Below, in pieces: positions 9,933 to 19,584 of a stretch of DNA of 64,000 nt. Under the pieces are notes generated by a model, which saw only the letters and a list, made by a program, of their open reading frames with translations, searched no databases and was not told the DNA's origin. The stretch spans positions 32,001 to 96,000 of the forward strand of contig OZ242365.1 of NCBI GenBank assembly GCA_965208905.1. The letters are read 5' to 3'. The stretch comes from Nitrosopumilaceae archaeon (GTDB taxonomy: Archaea; Thermoproteota; Nitrososphaeria; Nitrososphaerales; Nitrosopumilaceae). Both the position numbers and the translations under genes were made by a program. The number at the start of each line of letters is the position of its first letter. The first letter of the stretch is position 1.

Positions 9933-11254
9933 TAACCCAGACCCATCCGCCGCATCAGGTCTGGCATCTTGCGGCCTTTGTTGGACTTTATCATGGTCTT
10001 TGTAGAGTTGTAGTTCTTGATCATATTCTTGACGTCCCGTTCTGTGCAGCCGGCCCCGCGGGATATTCTCTTTGTTCTGGAGCGGTTTATCATGTCTGGA
10101 TTCATCTGCTCCTCTTCGGTCATACTCTGTATCATGTATCGCCACTTCTCCATATTGGCATCTATGTCCTCCATGCGTTTGTCATTTACCTGACCTGCAA
10201 ACATGGGTATGCTGTCTAACATATTCTTTAGGGAACCGGCACTTGTCACACTCTCTATCTCCTCTAGAAAGTCTATCAATGACATCTTGCCCCGGTATAT
10301 ACGCTTGGCACGATTTCCATCGGCCACATTCTCCAATTTTTTTGCCAAGTCTAGTATTGCCTGTATGTCACCCATGTCTAGCATTCTGCCAACAAAACGT
10401 GTAGGCGAGAACGGTACCAAATCATCTATCCTCTCGCCATTACTGATGAACATTATTCGCGCTCCGGTTGCTGCGGCCGCTGCCAACGCGCCACCTCCCT
10501 TACCAGAACCATCCAACTTTGTCACTATTATGCCTCCTACAGGAGCTGTCTCATGAAATGCCTTGGACTGCGCAAAGCATTGCTGACCTACTGTTCCATC
10601 TATTACTAGTATGGTCAAGTCTGGTTGGGCTACCTTGCTGATGCTCCTCATCTCATCTAACAGATCAGACTCCCTTCGGTGACGTCCTGCAGTATCTATT
10701 ATGATGACATCACATGTATCCTTAAAGTGTTCTAGCCCCCTCTTTACTATATCATCGGCATCTTGGTTTGTTTCATTTCCATACACTTCGGTCTTTGCTT
10801 TATCGCACATAGTCTTTAATTGGACAAGCGCTCCAGGCCTGTAGTTGTCAGCACCTATGACCCCTACGGTATTACCTTTATCATGTAATATCTTTGATAG
10901 TTTGGCGCAAGTAGTGGTCTTTCCACTTCCTTGTATTCCCAGTAGTAGTATGCGCATGGTCTTGTCCTTTGGAACCTCCAGTGTATATTCGTCGCCCAAC
11001 AGGGATGAGAGCTCCTCGTATAGTATCTTTATGATGTGTTTTTTGCGGGACAGTCCTGGCGGCGGAGTCTCATCTAGTGCTCTTTGTTGTAGTCGTTTTG
11101 TGAGACTGACTACCAACCCTGCCTCAACATCCGACATAATTAGTGATCTCTGAATATCTTTTTTGAGTTGTATTATGGTCTCTTTATCTACACTATTGGA
11201 CTTTACTATCTTGTCTATCGCTCCTCGCAGGTCTTTTCTAAGATTATCTAACAT
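9932..11254 (-). CDS. srp54: Signal recognition particle protein SRP54
   Basis: GIQGSGKTT, DTAGR, TKLDGSGKGGGAL, Met-rich M domain. Confidence 0.96.
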   Translation of the reverse strand: MLDNLRKDLRGAIDKIVKSNSVDKETIIQLKKDIQRSLIMSDVEAGLVVSLTKRLQQRALDETPPPGLSRKKHIIKILYEELSSLLGDEYTLEVPKDKTMRILLLGIQGSGKTTTCAKLSKILHDKGNTVGVIGADNYRPGALVQLKTMCDKAKTEVYGNETNQDADDIVKRGLEHFKDTCDVIIIDTAGRHRRESDLLDEMRSISKVAQPDLTILVIDGTVGQQCFAQSKAFHETAPVGGIIVTKLDGSGKGGGALAAAAATGARIMFISNGERIDDLVPFSPTRFVGRMLDMGDIQAILDLAKKLENVADGNRAKRIYRGKMSLIDFLEEIESVTSAGSLKNMLDSIPMFAGQVNDKRMEDIDANMEKWRYMIQSMTEEEQMNPDMINRSRTKRISRGAGCTERDVKNMIKNYNSTKTMIKSNKGRKMPDLMRRMGLG

Positions 11255-11255
11255 G

Positions 11256-11933
11256 TTATATCAGTATGGCATCTGATATTTCAAACCTTCCTATATATCC
11301 GTCCCAGTTGTGTGTGCCGCAGAGCATGATTGGCCTTGAAAAGAGGGGACAGTCCACCACAAAGGTCTCAGCTTCACCACCCTCAAAGTCTATGGCAAAA
11401 CCATGCTTTCTGCTTAAATGATGTAGGTCTTTTATGTCTGGTGTGGTAATCAGGCGTCCTAGCCAGGCTTCGTTTAGACCTCCGGCAGAGACACTCTGTA
11501 TTATAAATTTGAAACCAGACTGTATTATATCTGACATGTACTGTATGGCAGGACCATTTCTCCACACTGGTGATACTACTACTAAATTATTTGATTTGGC
11601 TATATGCTCAAATCTGTCTCTTTGATATATACTTCGTATGCCACCATGCAGTATTCCATCTATGTTGTAGTTTTGTATGGCCCACTGTACTACTTGATTT
11701 AATGTATGGTCTTCGGCCAAACTATCTGTATCTGAGTGTATGGCATAATGTGGAATTCCCATGGATGCTGCTTGTATCTTGGTGTACTTTATGCCAGGAT
11801 AGTGCAATAGATGACTATCTGATGATGCAGGATTGACAGATAACAGGCAGCAGATACTGTGTCCTGCATTTATTGCCTTGTATATGGCGTATGTGCTGTC
11901 TTTACCGCCCGAGAAGAGCGCCGCCAATCTCAT
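11256..11933 (-). CDS. dph6: Diphthine--ammonia ligase family PP-loop ATPase
   Basis: SGGKDS, EGGEAETFVVDCPLF. Confidence 0.88.
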   Translation of the reverse strand: MRLAALFSGGKDSTYAIYKAINAGHSICCLLSVNPASSDSHLLHYPGIKYTKIQAASMGIPHYAIHSDTDSLAEDHTLNQVVQWAIQNYNIDGILHGGIRSIYQRDRFEHIAKSNNLVVVSPVWRNGPAIQYMSDIIQSGFKFIIQSVSAGGLNEAWLGRLITTPDIKDLHHLSRKHGFAIDFEGGEAETFVVDCPLFSRPIMLCGTHNWDGYIGRFEISDAILI

Positions 11934-12011
11934 AATAAAGACGCCTCATAACTCATAATCCTCATCATATGTGATCAGATGGCTTTTCCAACTATCATCG
12001 GCATCTCAAGG

Positions 12012-12422
12012 CTAGTTTTTAACGCGCATTATTTTAGTTCTATCCATGACCTTCCAGTATTCTACATTTTGATCATTTGCCAACTTGCCCTCCAACTCTT
12101 CCTCTATCAGTGTTATGTCTATGGTCTCAAATGTCTCTGAGTCCATTATCTGTATTGTGTCTCCTATGATGGATATTATCTGTCCAGTCCTCTTGTCTAT
12201 GAGAGGTACGTGTACCTGCATGCTGACCGGACCCACATGTGGCCTCTTTTGACCATCAAAGACACCTACTCCCACTATACGGGCCTTTGCAGCCCCGTGT
12301 TTACCAGGCTTTGATGTATCGTACTCGGATATTTTACAGGGCTCGCCGGTGGGCTGATCGCTTACAGGCAGGAGTATGTATGAGCCTATCTTGAGGGAGC
12401 CTAAATCTACAGGTTTGCTCAT
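12012..12422 (-). CDS. eif5a: Translation factor aIF5A
   Basis: SKPGKHGAAKAR hypusine motif; start MSKPVDLG. Confidence 0.95.
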   Translation of the reverse strand: MSKPVDLGSLKIGSYILLPVSDQPTGEPCKISEYDTSKPGKHGAAKARIVGVGVFDGQKRPHVGPVSMQVHVPLIDKRTGQIISIIGDTIQIMDSETFETIDITLIEEELEGKLANDQNVEYWKVMDRTKIMRVKN

Positions 12423-12498
12423 GGTATGAGGTTTAGTTGAGATGTATTTATCTTTATTTGGATAATTATTTAAGACAAAGAATTTCATATGTTAATAT

Positions 12499-12619
12499 CC
12501 CAAGCTAGCTCAGCCTGGTAGAGCTTCCGGCTGTAGTTGCCGGCTTGAGGCTGGCCAAAGAGCAGCATATCAGGCAAACAGAAACCGGGTTGTCGAAGGT
12601 TCAACTCCTTCGCTTGGGA
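12499..12619 (+). tRNA. tRNA-Tyr(GTA) with ~47-nt intron at 37/38 (12537-12583)
   Basis: Acceptor CCCAAGC/GCTTGGG-A, anticodon arm TCCGG-CTGTAG..A-CCGGG, BHB central helix CTGT/ACAG, T-loop GGTTCAACTCC. Confidence 0.92.
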
Positions 12620-12625
12620 TTACAG

Positions 12626-12651
12626 TCCGGAGAAGATTCCTCTTCTCCGGA
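12626..12651 (+). terminator. 11-bp perfect hairpin just 3' of tRNA-Tyr
   Basis: TCCGGAGAAGA-TTCC-TCTTCTCCGGA; terminator or processing role is inferred. Confidence 0.45.
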
Positions 12652-12945
12652 TGTTTATCTGTATAATTCCTCCTACAAGTTTGGATGATGGTTGCGATGC
12701 AACATTATGAATTATTATACATAATAAACGGAATTCAACGCAATCTAATACTGTATGATATCAGAGTGTGAGAAGAACCGGGCAGTAACACGCCCATACT
12801 GATGAGAATATAGTCAAGATGTGACATATGATATGGCGAATAATGCAGGTTAGTGGGATGATGAACTATCGCAGAGGGGCGTAACCCAAACTTGTGGGCG
12901 CCTCTGTACCAAGATTTATATGAAAAACAAGCCGATGCAATCGAT

Positions 12946-13242
12946 ATGTCAATAATACAAATGAAGAGTGATGTGAACAATCAGTTTTTATCCCGTCGTG
13001 AGATGACATGTGACTTTGTTGGATTAGGAGGAAAGCTACTAAAGAGTCAGGCCGTAGATATGATAACTGGTGAGTACGACCTAAAAGACAAGTTTGTTAT
13101 ACCAATATCCTTGAGAAATCAAGTGGGACGGACTACAATTACAGGTACATTTTACGTCTACGATGATGAATCCCTGGCCAAGAAACATATCAATTCTGCA
13201 ATATTTACTCGTCTGGCAAAACAAAAGGGTGATGATGCATGA
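12946..13242 (+). CDS. rps24e: 30S ribosomal protein S24e
   Basis: NQFLSRRE, G..FYVYDD pattern; upstream of rps27ae. Confidence 0.8.
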   Translation: MSIIQMKSDVNNQFLSRREMTCDFVGLGGKLLKSQAVDMITGEYDLKDKFVIPISLRNQVGRTTITGTFYVYDDESLAKKHINSAIFTRLAKQKGDDA

Positions 13243-13409
13243 GTGGAAAGAAGGGATATAGCCCAAAAGTATACCAGTATTATACAGTACAAGACAATAA
13301 GGCAACCACCAGCAAAAAGATATGTTCTCGGTGTGGTCGTGGCGTATTTATGGCCGAACACAAAAACCGACGGGCATGCGGCAGATGTGGCCTCACTGAA
13401 TTTTATTAA
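13239..13409 (+). CDS. rps27ae: 30S ribosomal protein S27ae (missed by ORF track)
   Basis: MSGKKGYSPKVYQYY..CSRCGRGVFMAEHKNRRACGRCGLTEFY. Confidence 0.93.
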   Translation: MSGKKGYSPKVYQYYTVQDNKATTSKKICSRCGRGVFMAEHKNRRACGRCGLTEFY

Positions 13410-13453
13410 ATCTAAACCGAAATCAAATTAATATGGTGATTGCTATGTACATT

Positions 13454-13528
13454 GGGCTCGTTGCATAGCATGGATAGTGCGAACGCTTGCGGAGCGTTAG
13501 GTCGGGGGTTCGAATCCCTTCGGGCCCG
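13454..13528 (+). tRNA. tRNA-Arg(GCG)
   Basis: GGGCTCG/CGGGCCC-G acceptor, AACGC-TTGCGGA-GCGTT anticodon arm, GGTTCGAATCC. Confidence 0.95.
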
Positions 13529-13804
13529 CCTACTTGATAAACTTGTAAAGGTATGTCGGCTCAGACACACTAAAGATATGTTGGAAAGGACAATAACTAC
13601 CCATCAAGGCTGTTTAGTATTCAGTATGGGGTCCCTACAAAAGTTGGATTGCGCCCCTGTGAGATGGCCTGTCAGCCCTCTTGAGTGGTGTAGTACAATA
13701 CACAACAGACTTTCGGACTGGCCAAAACCTTACGATTTACGTAGGTTTCACACTACCCGGTAAATTTACTGTAATGTCTACAGTATATCGTCTCTACAGG
13801 CGAT

Positions 13805-14650
13805 CTACTTGTCTGGCATGGTCTTGAAACATGCTATCTCTATCCAGCCACTACTCTCGGTGGGAAAGAGATGATTTGCTCCGGTCCGTCTCCTCTCTAT
13901 GTTGGACATTGTATGTCTGCGAATATCAAAACCCCCAATGGCTTTTGCGCGCTGTACGATGGCGTTGTATTCAAACCTGTCTATCTCCAAATTATAGGGC
14001 AGTGTGTCTTGTATTATGCCAAAGACGCCATCAGGTATGTGGGCGCGCTCCTTATCTATCATGTCTCTAGGTACAATATACTCTAAAATTACATGGTTTA
14101 CTGCATGACTTGAGAATTGACGTACTAACTCCCACAAAACTCCGGGTTTTAGATAATATGATATGCCCTCAAATATCAGTAAAGTAGGTTTACTCCTGTC
14201 CCATCTGGCATCTACAACATTTGATACCACTCTTGATGATTGATTCAAGTCCGCCGTTATACACATTATGCGACCTGTATCCTGTATGACCTTATTTACC
14301 AGTAGTTGTTTGTGCTCCATCTGGTCGGCATCAACCTCATACACTTGTACTGTATCGTTTAGTGATGTTATCTCTAGTGAGAGAGCATCCATACCACTAC
14401 CAAATATTATCACTTGGTTTATACCACTTTGTACACTAGATTTGACTTCTTGTAGTATGGCACTCTTCCTGTTTAGTACAAGCTCGTCTAAGTGCGGCCA
14501 GACCTGTGCGCATTCTCGTAAAAGACCTCTTCCAGATGAGAGGTTCAACATGCTCCTGTATATCTGGGAGTTTTTGCTTGTATGTATGCCCTCCTTCATC
14601 AGTAACATGACAAATGCCGAGGTATCTGAGAGTTGGACCGATGCTGTCAT
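13805..14650 (-). CDS. Class I SAM-dependent methyltransferase (LCM-like)
   Basis: QVIIFGSGMDA, YEVD, ADL, PTLLIFEGISYYL. Confidence 0.85.
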   Translation of the reverse strand: MTASVQLSDTSAFVMLLMKEGIHTSKNSQIYRSMLNLSSGRGLLRECAQVWPHLDELVLNRKSAILQEVKSSVQSGINQVIIFGSGMDALSLEITSLNDTVQVYEVDADQMEHKQLLVNKVIQDTGRIMCITADLNQSSRVVSNVVDARWDRSKPTLLIFEGISYYLKPGVLWELVRQFSSHAVNHVILEYIVPRDMIDKERAHIPDGVFGIIQDTLPYNLEIDRFEYNAIVQRAKAIGGFDIRRHTMSNIERRRTGANHLFPTESSGWIEIACFKTMPDK

Positions 14651-14709
14651 TATCAGAACTGCATAGAATCAAAATATATAATTATCATATTAATGCGATA
14701 CAATCCGTA

Positions 14710-15060
14710 TTGGCTGATTTTGTGCATCAAGAGTATAAGACTGTGTATATTCGTGATGTAATACCCATGGATCTGGATGATCTCATTACAATGATGTCTG
14801 GTGATGGAGCGGGATTGGCATATTGGGCTGATGGTGTACTCTTTGTGGCCTTCTCTACAGATGCATCTGAGTCAATGGCAAGAAAGGAGATTGAAGGAAT
14901 AACATATCTAGACAGGCTGATATTTACAAAACATCCTAGGTTCTCTCGCACGGTGAAGTCTACTACAAACTTTGAAATCCCCGTTGTCAATGTGCAGAAC
15001 AGCAATTTCTTTGGTAAGTTAATACGCTGGATTAAAAACCAATCATTCTGGAATGACTAA
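14710..15060 (+). CDS. Hypothetical protein
   Basis: Plausible ORF (AYWADGVLF); TTG start after TATA-like TATATAAT; overlaps start of tag. Confidence 0.7.
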   Translation: MADFVHQEYKTVYIRDVIPMDLDDLITMMSGDGAGLAYWADGVLFVAFSTDASESMARKEIEGITYLDRLIFTKHPRFSRTVKSTTNFEIPVVNVQNSNFFGKLIRWIKNQSFWND

Positions 15061-15607
15061 AAAGCGATGCTCCTGGGCTGTGGGCGATGCCATGATTTTA
15101 TATCATGATACTGAGTGGGGCAGACCTCAGCATGATGACAACAAACTCTATGAATTTCTAGTTTTGGAAGGTGCGCAAGCTGGCCTGTCATGGAGTACCA
15201 TACTGAATAGACGAGAAGGGTATAAGGCAGCATTTGATGGATTTGATCCTCATATAGTATCAACGTATGATGAAAAAAAGATTCAAGAGATGCTGCTAAA
15301 TCCTCGCATAATTCGTAACCGTCTTAAAGTTAAATCTGCCATAAATAATGCAGTTAAATTCTGCAATATACAAAAGATACATGGCACTTTTGATAGCTAC
15401 ATCTGGGGCATGATAGACTCCCCAATAAAAAATTCATTTAAAAGTACAGATGAACTTCCTCAATATACTCATATGTCACAATTAATGAGCAAAAAATTAA
15501 AACAGGACGGATTCACCTTTGTTGGTCCTACCATATGTTATGCATTTATGCAGGCAGTTGGAATGGTAAATGATCATACCGTGGACTGTTTTTTACATAA
15601 TATATGA
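15053..15607 (+). CDS. tag: DNA-3-methyladenine glycosylase I
   Basis: RCSW, YHDTEWG, LEGAQAGLSW, IIRNRLK, FMQAVGMVNDH. Confidence 0.95.
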   Translation: MTKKRCSWAVGDAMILYHDTEWGRPQHDDNKLYEFLVLEGAQAGLSWSTILNRREGYKAAFDGFDPHIVSTYDEKKIQEMLLNPRIIRNRLKVKSAINNAVKFCNIQKIHGTFDSYIWGMIDSPIKNSFKSTDELPQYTHMSQLMSKKLKQDGFTFVGPTICYAFMQAVGMVNDHTVDCFLHNI

Positions 15608-15673
15608 CTATGATATTACACTGTCATGAAATGTATCCAACGCTTTTTATTATGTATGTGCCAATTGTAAACA

Positions 15674-16174
15674 ATGAAATTATCTGACGAGATGACGACT
15701 GCCCTTAATGACCATATAACCCTTGAGTTGGCCGCATCACAGTTCTATCTGTCTGCTGCTGGCTGGTGTGAAGTGTCTGGTTATGATGGTGGCGCAGCCT
15801 ACCTTTATGCGCAAGCCGACGAGGAACGGGCCCACATGCTAAAGATTATAAAATTTATGAATAGCCTTGGCGTGCGTGCCGCTATTCCTGCAGTGCCACA
15901 GCCCGATGTAAACCCTGAAAGCCTAGAGAACCTTCTCTCCATGTCGCTGGCAAATGAGCAGAGTGTCACCGCATCCATTAATAATACTCTGTCACTGGCG
16001 TATAAACTACCTGAATATTCAGTAATTGATCTTTTGGAGTGGTTTGCCACCGAACAAGTTCATGAAGAGACAAAGTTTGAGGCGATACTCCAAAAGTTTG
16101 ATACAATTGGCCGAGATGGCTTGGCCGTAGCCGAGATAGACAAGATTCTTGCATCATCTACTGGCGGAGAGTAA
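15674..16174 (+). CDS. ftnA: Non-heme ferritin
   Basis: E..ASQFYL, EERAH, EQSVT, WFATEQVHEE ferroxidase residues. Confidence 0.9.
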   Translation: MKLSDEMTTALNDHITLELAASQFYLSAAGWCEVSGYDGGAAYLYAQADEERAHMLKIIKFMNSLGVRAAIPAVPQPDVNPESLENLLSMSLANEQSVTASINNTLSLAYKLPEYSVIDLLEWFATEQVHEETKFEAILQKFDTIGRDGLAVAEIDKILASSTGGE

Positions 16175-16391
16175 TTATTTTTTTACATAATTAACGGTGA
16201 TACCATTAAAAATGTGTACATCTAAATTATTAATCATGATACGTATTGTAAAGGCATTTGTTCTGGTTGTTGTTGGTTTGATCACCATAATTGTGGGTGC
16301 CTTTATGTTGCGCGGTAATATGCATATGTGGGATCGAGGCAAGAGTGCCACCGACAGAAAAAAATAGTCCCACTATATGATAATAAACAGT

Positions 16392-16565
16392 ATGGTGGGA
16401 CCGCAAGATGGTGGTTTTGGCTTTGATCAATCCCGTAAATATACGACAGTAGATGATATCGATAACGTATGCGTTCAGTGTCAGGCTGGCCAACACAGAA
16501 ACTGTTTGGCAAAGAGTGGTGTAATATCTGAGTGTGAATGCGAGCAGTGTCTTGTATTTGGATAG
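16392..16565 (+). CDS. Small Cys-rich putative metal-binding protein
   Basis: CVQC..H..C..CECEQC. Confidence 0.6.
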   Translation: MVGPQDGGFGFDQSRKYTTVDDIDNVCVQCQAGQHRNCLAKSGVISECECEQCLVFG

Positions 16566-16607
16566 ATCACCCTGTGCCTTTTTAAATATTTGAGTTTATT
16601 ATTATTT

Positions 16608-16724
16608 ATGATGAGTCTTGAGTTTCGCTGTATGTATTGTGGCGCATCATTTGGTCGGAATGTGATTGGCCTAGCCCGACATATAAGAGAGCAGCATGAT
16701 GCGCAACGCCATAAGCTTCAATAG
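16608..16724 (+). CDS. C2H2 zinc-finger microprotein, 38 aa (not in ORF track)
   Basis: FRCMYCGASFGRNVIGLARHIREQH; TTTAAATA about 25 nt upstream. Confidence 0.65.
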   Translation: MMSLEFRCMYCGASFGRNVIGLARHIREQHDAQRHKLQ

Positions 16725-16849
16725 TGGTAATCTTTTATTATACATGATGCGTCGAGACAAACAGATAGTAATCTGGGTGGCCATTATAGGTAGCGGTCTG
16801 GCATATTATTTTGCATACGGTCATATAGCCGATATGATGAGGTGATTTT

Positions 16850-17299
16850 ATGACTGTTATATCCGATGAAGTTGCAGAGTTTGTACAGAACGAACGTCTA
16901 GGCTATGTTGCCACAGTATCTCCGGACTGTAAACCCAACCTATCCCCAAAAGGGAGTATAATACGCAGCGGGCCTGAGAGCCTGGCATTTGCTGATATAC
17001 GCTCACCTGACACTGTAGAAAATCTGGAGTCCAATGATGCCGTTGAGGTGAGCGTCATAAGCCCCATAATACGACGGGGGTACTTGTTTTCAGGACGTGG
17101 CCACATTCATAAGAGTGGCGCACTCTTTGATGATTTAATCAAAAAGTTTCGCGACATGGGAATACAAAGTCCCATAAATACGGTTGTGGTAATTGATGTT
17201 GATCATATAAGTGACACCAAATCCCCTCTATATGACTTGGGGTATACTGAAGAGCAGATAAAGGATACTTGGAAGAGAAACTATTTTGAAAACAGTTAA
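16850..17299 (+). CDS. Pyridoxamine 5'-phosphate oxidase-like FMN-binding protein
   Basis: YVATVSPDCKPNLSPKGS, SPDTVENLESN. Confidence 0.85.
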   Translation: MTVISDEVAEFVQNERLGYVATVSPDCKPNLSPKGSIIRSGPESLAFADIRSPDTVENLESNDAVEVSVISPIIRRGYLFSGRGHIHKSGALFDDLIKKFRDMGIQSPINTVVVIDVDHISDTKSPLYDLGYTEEQIKDTWKRNYFENS

Positions 17300-17321
17300 C
17301 TAAGGCCCTGTCACATGTGAT

Positions 17322-17420
17322 ATGATGCCACTAAGAAAGAAGGGGAAACACCAAAGGTGGGCGGATCAGCGAGCCACTAGGCGACGTACAAAGAAGGCAA
17401 AGTCTGGCAAACCACGATAG
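17322..17420 (+). CDS. Very basic 32-aa microprotein
   Basis: MMPLRKKGKHQRWADQRATRRRTKKAKSGKPR. Confidence 0.5.
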   Translation: MMPLRKKGKHQRWADQRATRRRTKKAKSGKPR

Positions 17421-17460
17421 CTATCAAGATTTTTTACACTCTCTTCTATACTACCCACTA

Positions 17461-18165
17461 TTGGACCCATTATATAGAATCAAGAATGCCCGCTTGAACG
17501 GTCATCTGCCAGATGATGTATCTGCCAAAATACTGGAACGTTTCTCCATTGCTGTTGATGGAATAGACAGAATTGAGCGCGCATCCGGACTATACTTTCC
17601 AACTGCATATGTGGAACCATCTGCAGTAATCTCTCCTGCCTCACAGTTCGGATATGGGGTGCTCTTCGCTAGAACGATACCGCTATTTGATGGTGGACGC
17701 TTTGGAGTTTTAGTCCAGATATCTGCACCGCTACTTGTGTATGGCTTAAAAGGTACGATACATGCCATATTGGCTCATGAATTTTTACACTACTTGGAGC
17801 TGATGCGCAGAATACATCGGGGTGAAGTTCTCTCTGATGAGATAACCGGCAACCTATTTGAAGGCGCATACTTGGATCAAACCCGTATACTTGAACCGGC
17901 CGCAGTATTCAAAGACCGTACACTGATAAATCACATAAAGAAGAGATTCGCTTCCAGCTTCCAAGAGCCCCGGCTAGAAAGAAAGGTAGTGGAGAAGTGG
18001 ATAAATGCTGGCCTCCCAAAGACTGTCATACCATTGGATAATAATCGGGTAAACATATCTGCTGATCTACTCACAAAGATGCGTCTTCCCTCAGACATGG
18101 TTACTGCACTTGATATAATGTATGAAAAAAGTAAAAAGATCAGGACAAGATACAAGTTATACTAG
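17461..18165 (+). CDS. Hypothetical protein with HEXXH motif
   Basis: ILAHEFLH. Confidence 0.75.
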   Translation: MDPLYRIKNARLNGHLPDDVSAKILERFSIAVDGIDRIERASGLYFPTAYVEPSAVISPASQFGYGVLFARTIPLFDGGRFGVLVQISAPLLVYGLKGTIHAILAHEFLHYLELMRRIHRGEVLSDEITGNLFEGAYLDQTRILEPAAVFKDRTLINHIKKRFASSFQEPRLERKVVEKWINAGLPKTVIPLDNNRVNISADLLTKMRLPSDMVTALDIMYEKSKKIRTRYKLY

Positions 18166-18239
18166 TGGGATTGGCAGGACTTGAACCTGCGACCCCTGGT
18201 ACCCAAAACCAGAATCATACCAAGCTAGACTACAATCCC
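18166..18239 (-). tRNA. tRNA-Pro(TGG)
   Basis: Reverse complement: GGGATTG acceptor, CTGGT-TTTGGGT-ACCAG, GGTTCAAGTCC. Confidence 0.95.
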
Positions 18240-18298
18240 GTGATGTGTAATCTGTTGCATGGCAATTTTTATCTTTGTGCGCAATGACCCAATATCAT

Positions 18299-19582
18299 AT
18301 GATGAATGCGTTATCAATAGGGGGCTTTGATCCATCATGTGCATCGGGTATACAAAGAGACATGAGGGTGGCCAGCTCTCTTGGACTGTATCCACTCAGT
18401 GTTGCAACAACAATAACAACTCAAAACACATCTGAATTTGGTGTTGTGCATCCGTTATCTGTCCATGTCATATCGTCCCAGTTGAATGCAGTTCTATCAG
18501 ACTTTAAAGTTGATGTAATAAAGGTTGGAATGCTATATACTCCCGATATCACACATGCAATACATGATAGGTTATGTGATGTCTCTGCCCCTGTAATCTT
18601 GGACCCTGTTGTACGGTCTACTACTGGCGGCTCCCTACTGCAACATGACGCCAAAGATACATTACTTGATGTGATGCTGCCAAGATCTTTTATTGTAACG
18701 CCGAATCTCTATGAAGCAAAGTATCTGACTGATGTCACGCATGATGGACTGGCAGGCGCGCAAGACGCCGCCAAGTTACTACACCAGTATGGTGCTGACA
18801 ATGTCGTAGTTACTGGCGTAAAGGAGAACGATGAGATTGTGGATGTCCTGTATAATGATGATGGTTTTCAGTATATACGAGGTGAGCGTCTTTACGGTGA
18901 TAGTAGAGGCGGCGGCTGTACATACTCTGCAGCACTATCCTGCTTGGTGATATCCAACAGTGTTGCAGCTGCCGCCAAGCGGGCAAGACTCATCTCGTAT
19001 ACAACACAACATGCCCCCATCTCGGCAGGCAAGACAACCCCGATAGCATCTGAGATCCCCACACAGTTGGAGTCTGCAATCGATGATGTAATATCCATAC
19101 CTGATATGTACCGGCTGATACCACAATGCCAGACTAATTTTGTACATGCACCAATACATGCTACAGCCCCTGATGAAGTCTTTGGAATTCAGGGCCGACT
19201 GGTGCGCGCAGGCAAAAGAGTAGTAATGGCCGGAGTTATATCTCCGAACGGCTCCAAACATGTATCTGCTGCAGTCTGCGCAATCCGGGGCCGATTCTCC
19301 AATGTGCGGTCCGCCATAAACATAAGATACTCACAAGATATACTCTCCATGTTAATACGCGCCCGTCTCACTGTGGCATTTTATGATCGTACATCCGAAC
19401 CACCAGAGATAAAGGAGTCTGGCTCATCTGTATCTTGGGGTGTAAGTTGGGCAGCTGCGCAGTGTATGGATCCTCCAGACGCCATATGTCATAGAGGTGA
19501 CTTTGGCAAAGAGCCAATGATAATACTATTTGGTGATTCGCCCAACGATGTTGTATCTAAAATAAGAAGACTTTTCTCTTAA
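18299..19582 (+). CDS. thiDN: Bifunctional HMP(-P) kinase ThiD / thiamine-phosphate synthase ThiN
   Basis: GGFDPS..GIQRD, LDPV, TPNLYEA, GGGCTYSAA; C-terminal CQTN, SKHV, GDFGKEP; start approximate. Confidence 0.88.
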   Translation: MMNALSIGGFDPSCASGIQRDMRVASSLGLYPLSVATTITTQNTSEFGVVHPLSVHVISSQLNAVLSDFKVDVIKVGMLYTPDITHAIHDRLCDVSAPVILDPVVRSTTGGSLLQHDAKDTLLDVMLPRSFIVTPNLYEAKYLTDVTHDGLAGAQDAAKLLHQYGADNVVVTGVKENDEIVDVLYNDDGFQYIRGERLYGDSRGGGCTYSAALSCLVISNSVAAAAKRARLISYTTQHAPISAGKTTPIASEIPTQLESAIDDVISIPDMYRLIPQCQTNFVHAPIHATAPDEVFGIQGRLVRAGKRVVMAGVISPNGSKHVSAAVCAIRGRFSNVRSAINIRYSQDILSMLIRARLTVAFYDRTSEPPEIKESGSSVSWGVSWAAAQCMDPPDAICHRGDFGKEPMIILFGDSPNDVVSKIRRLFS

Positions 19583-19584
19583 AT

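Noticed and set aside
9933-10145. N-terminal extension of Pus10 in the ORF track
   Set aside because: Overlaps srp54 in another frame; likely start is 9932
12655-12670. TGTATAATTCC resembling the family-A TIR end
   Set aside because: Too short and no partner end
13243-13431. 62-aa ORF from the track
   Set aside because: Wrong frame of rps27ae (13239-13409)
13440-13763. 107-aa ORF
   Set aside because: Overlaps tRNA-Arg; the distal part may be an IS5-like scrap (STIHNRLSDW), too short to call
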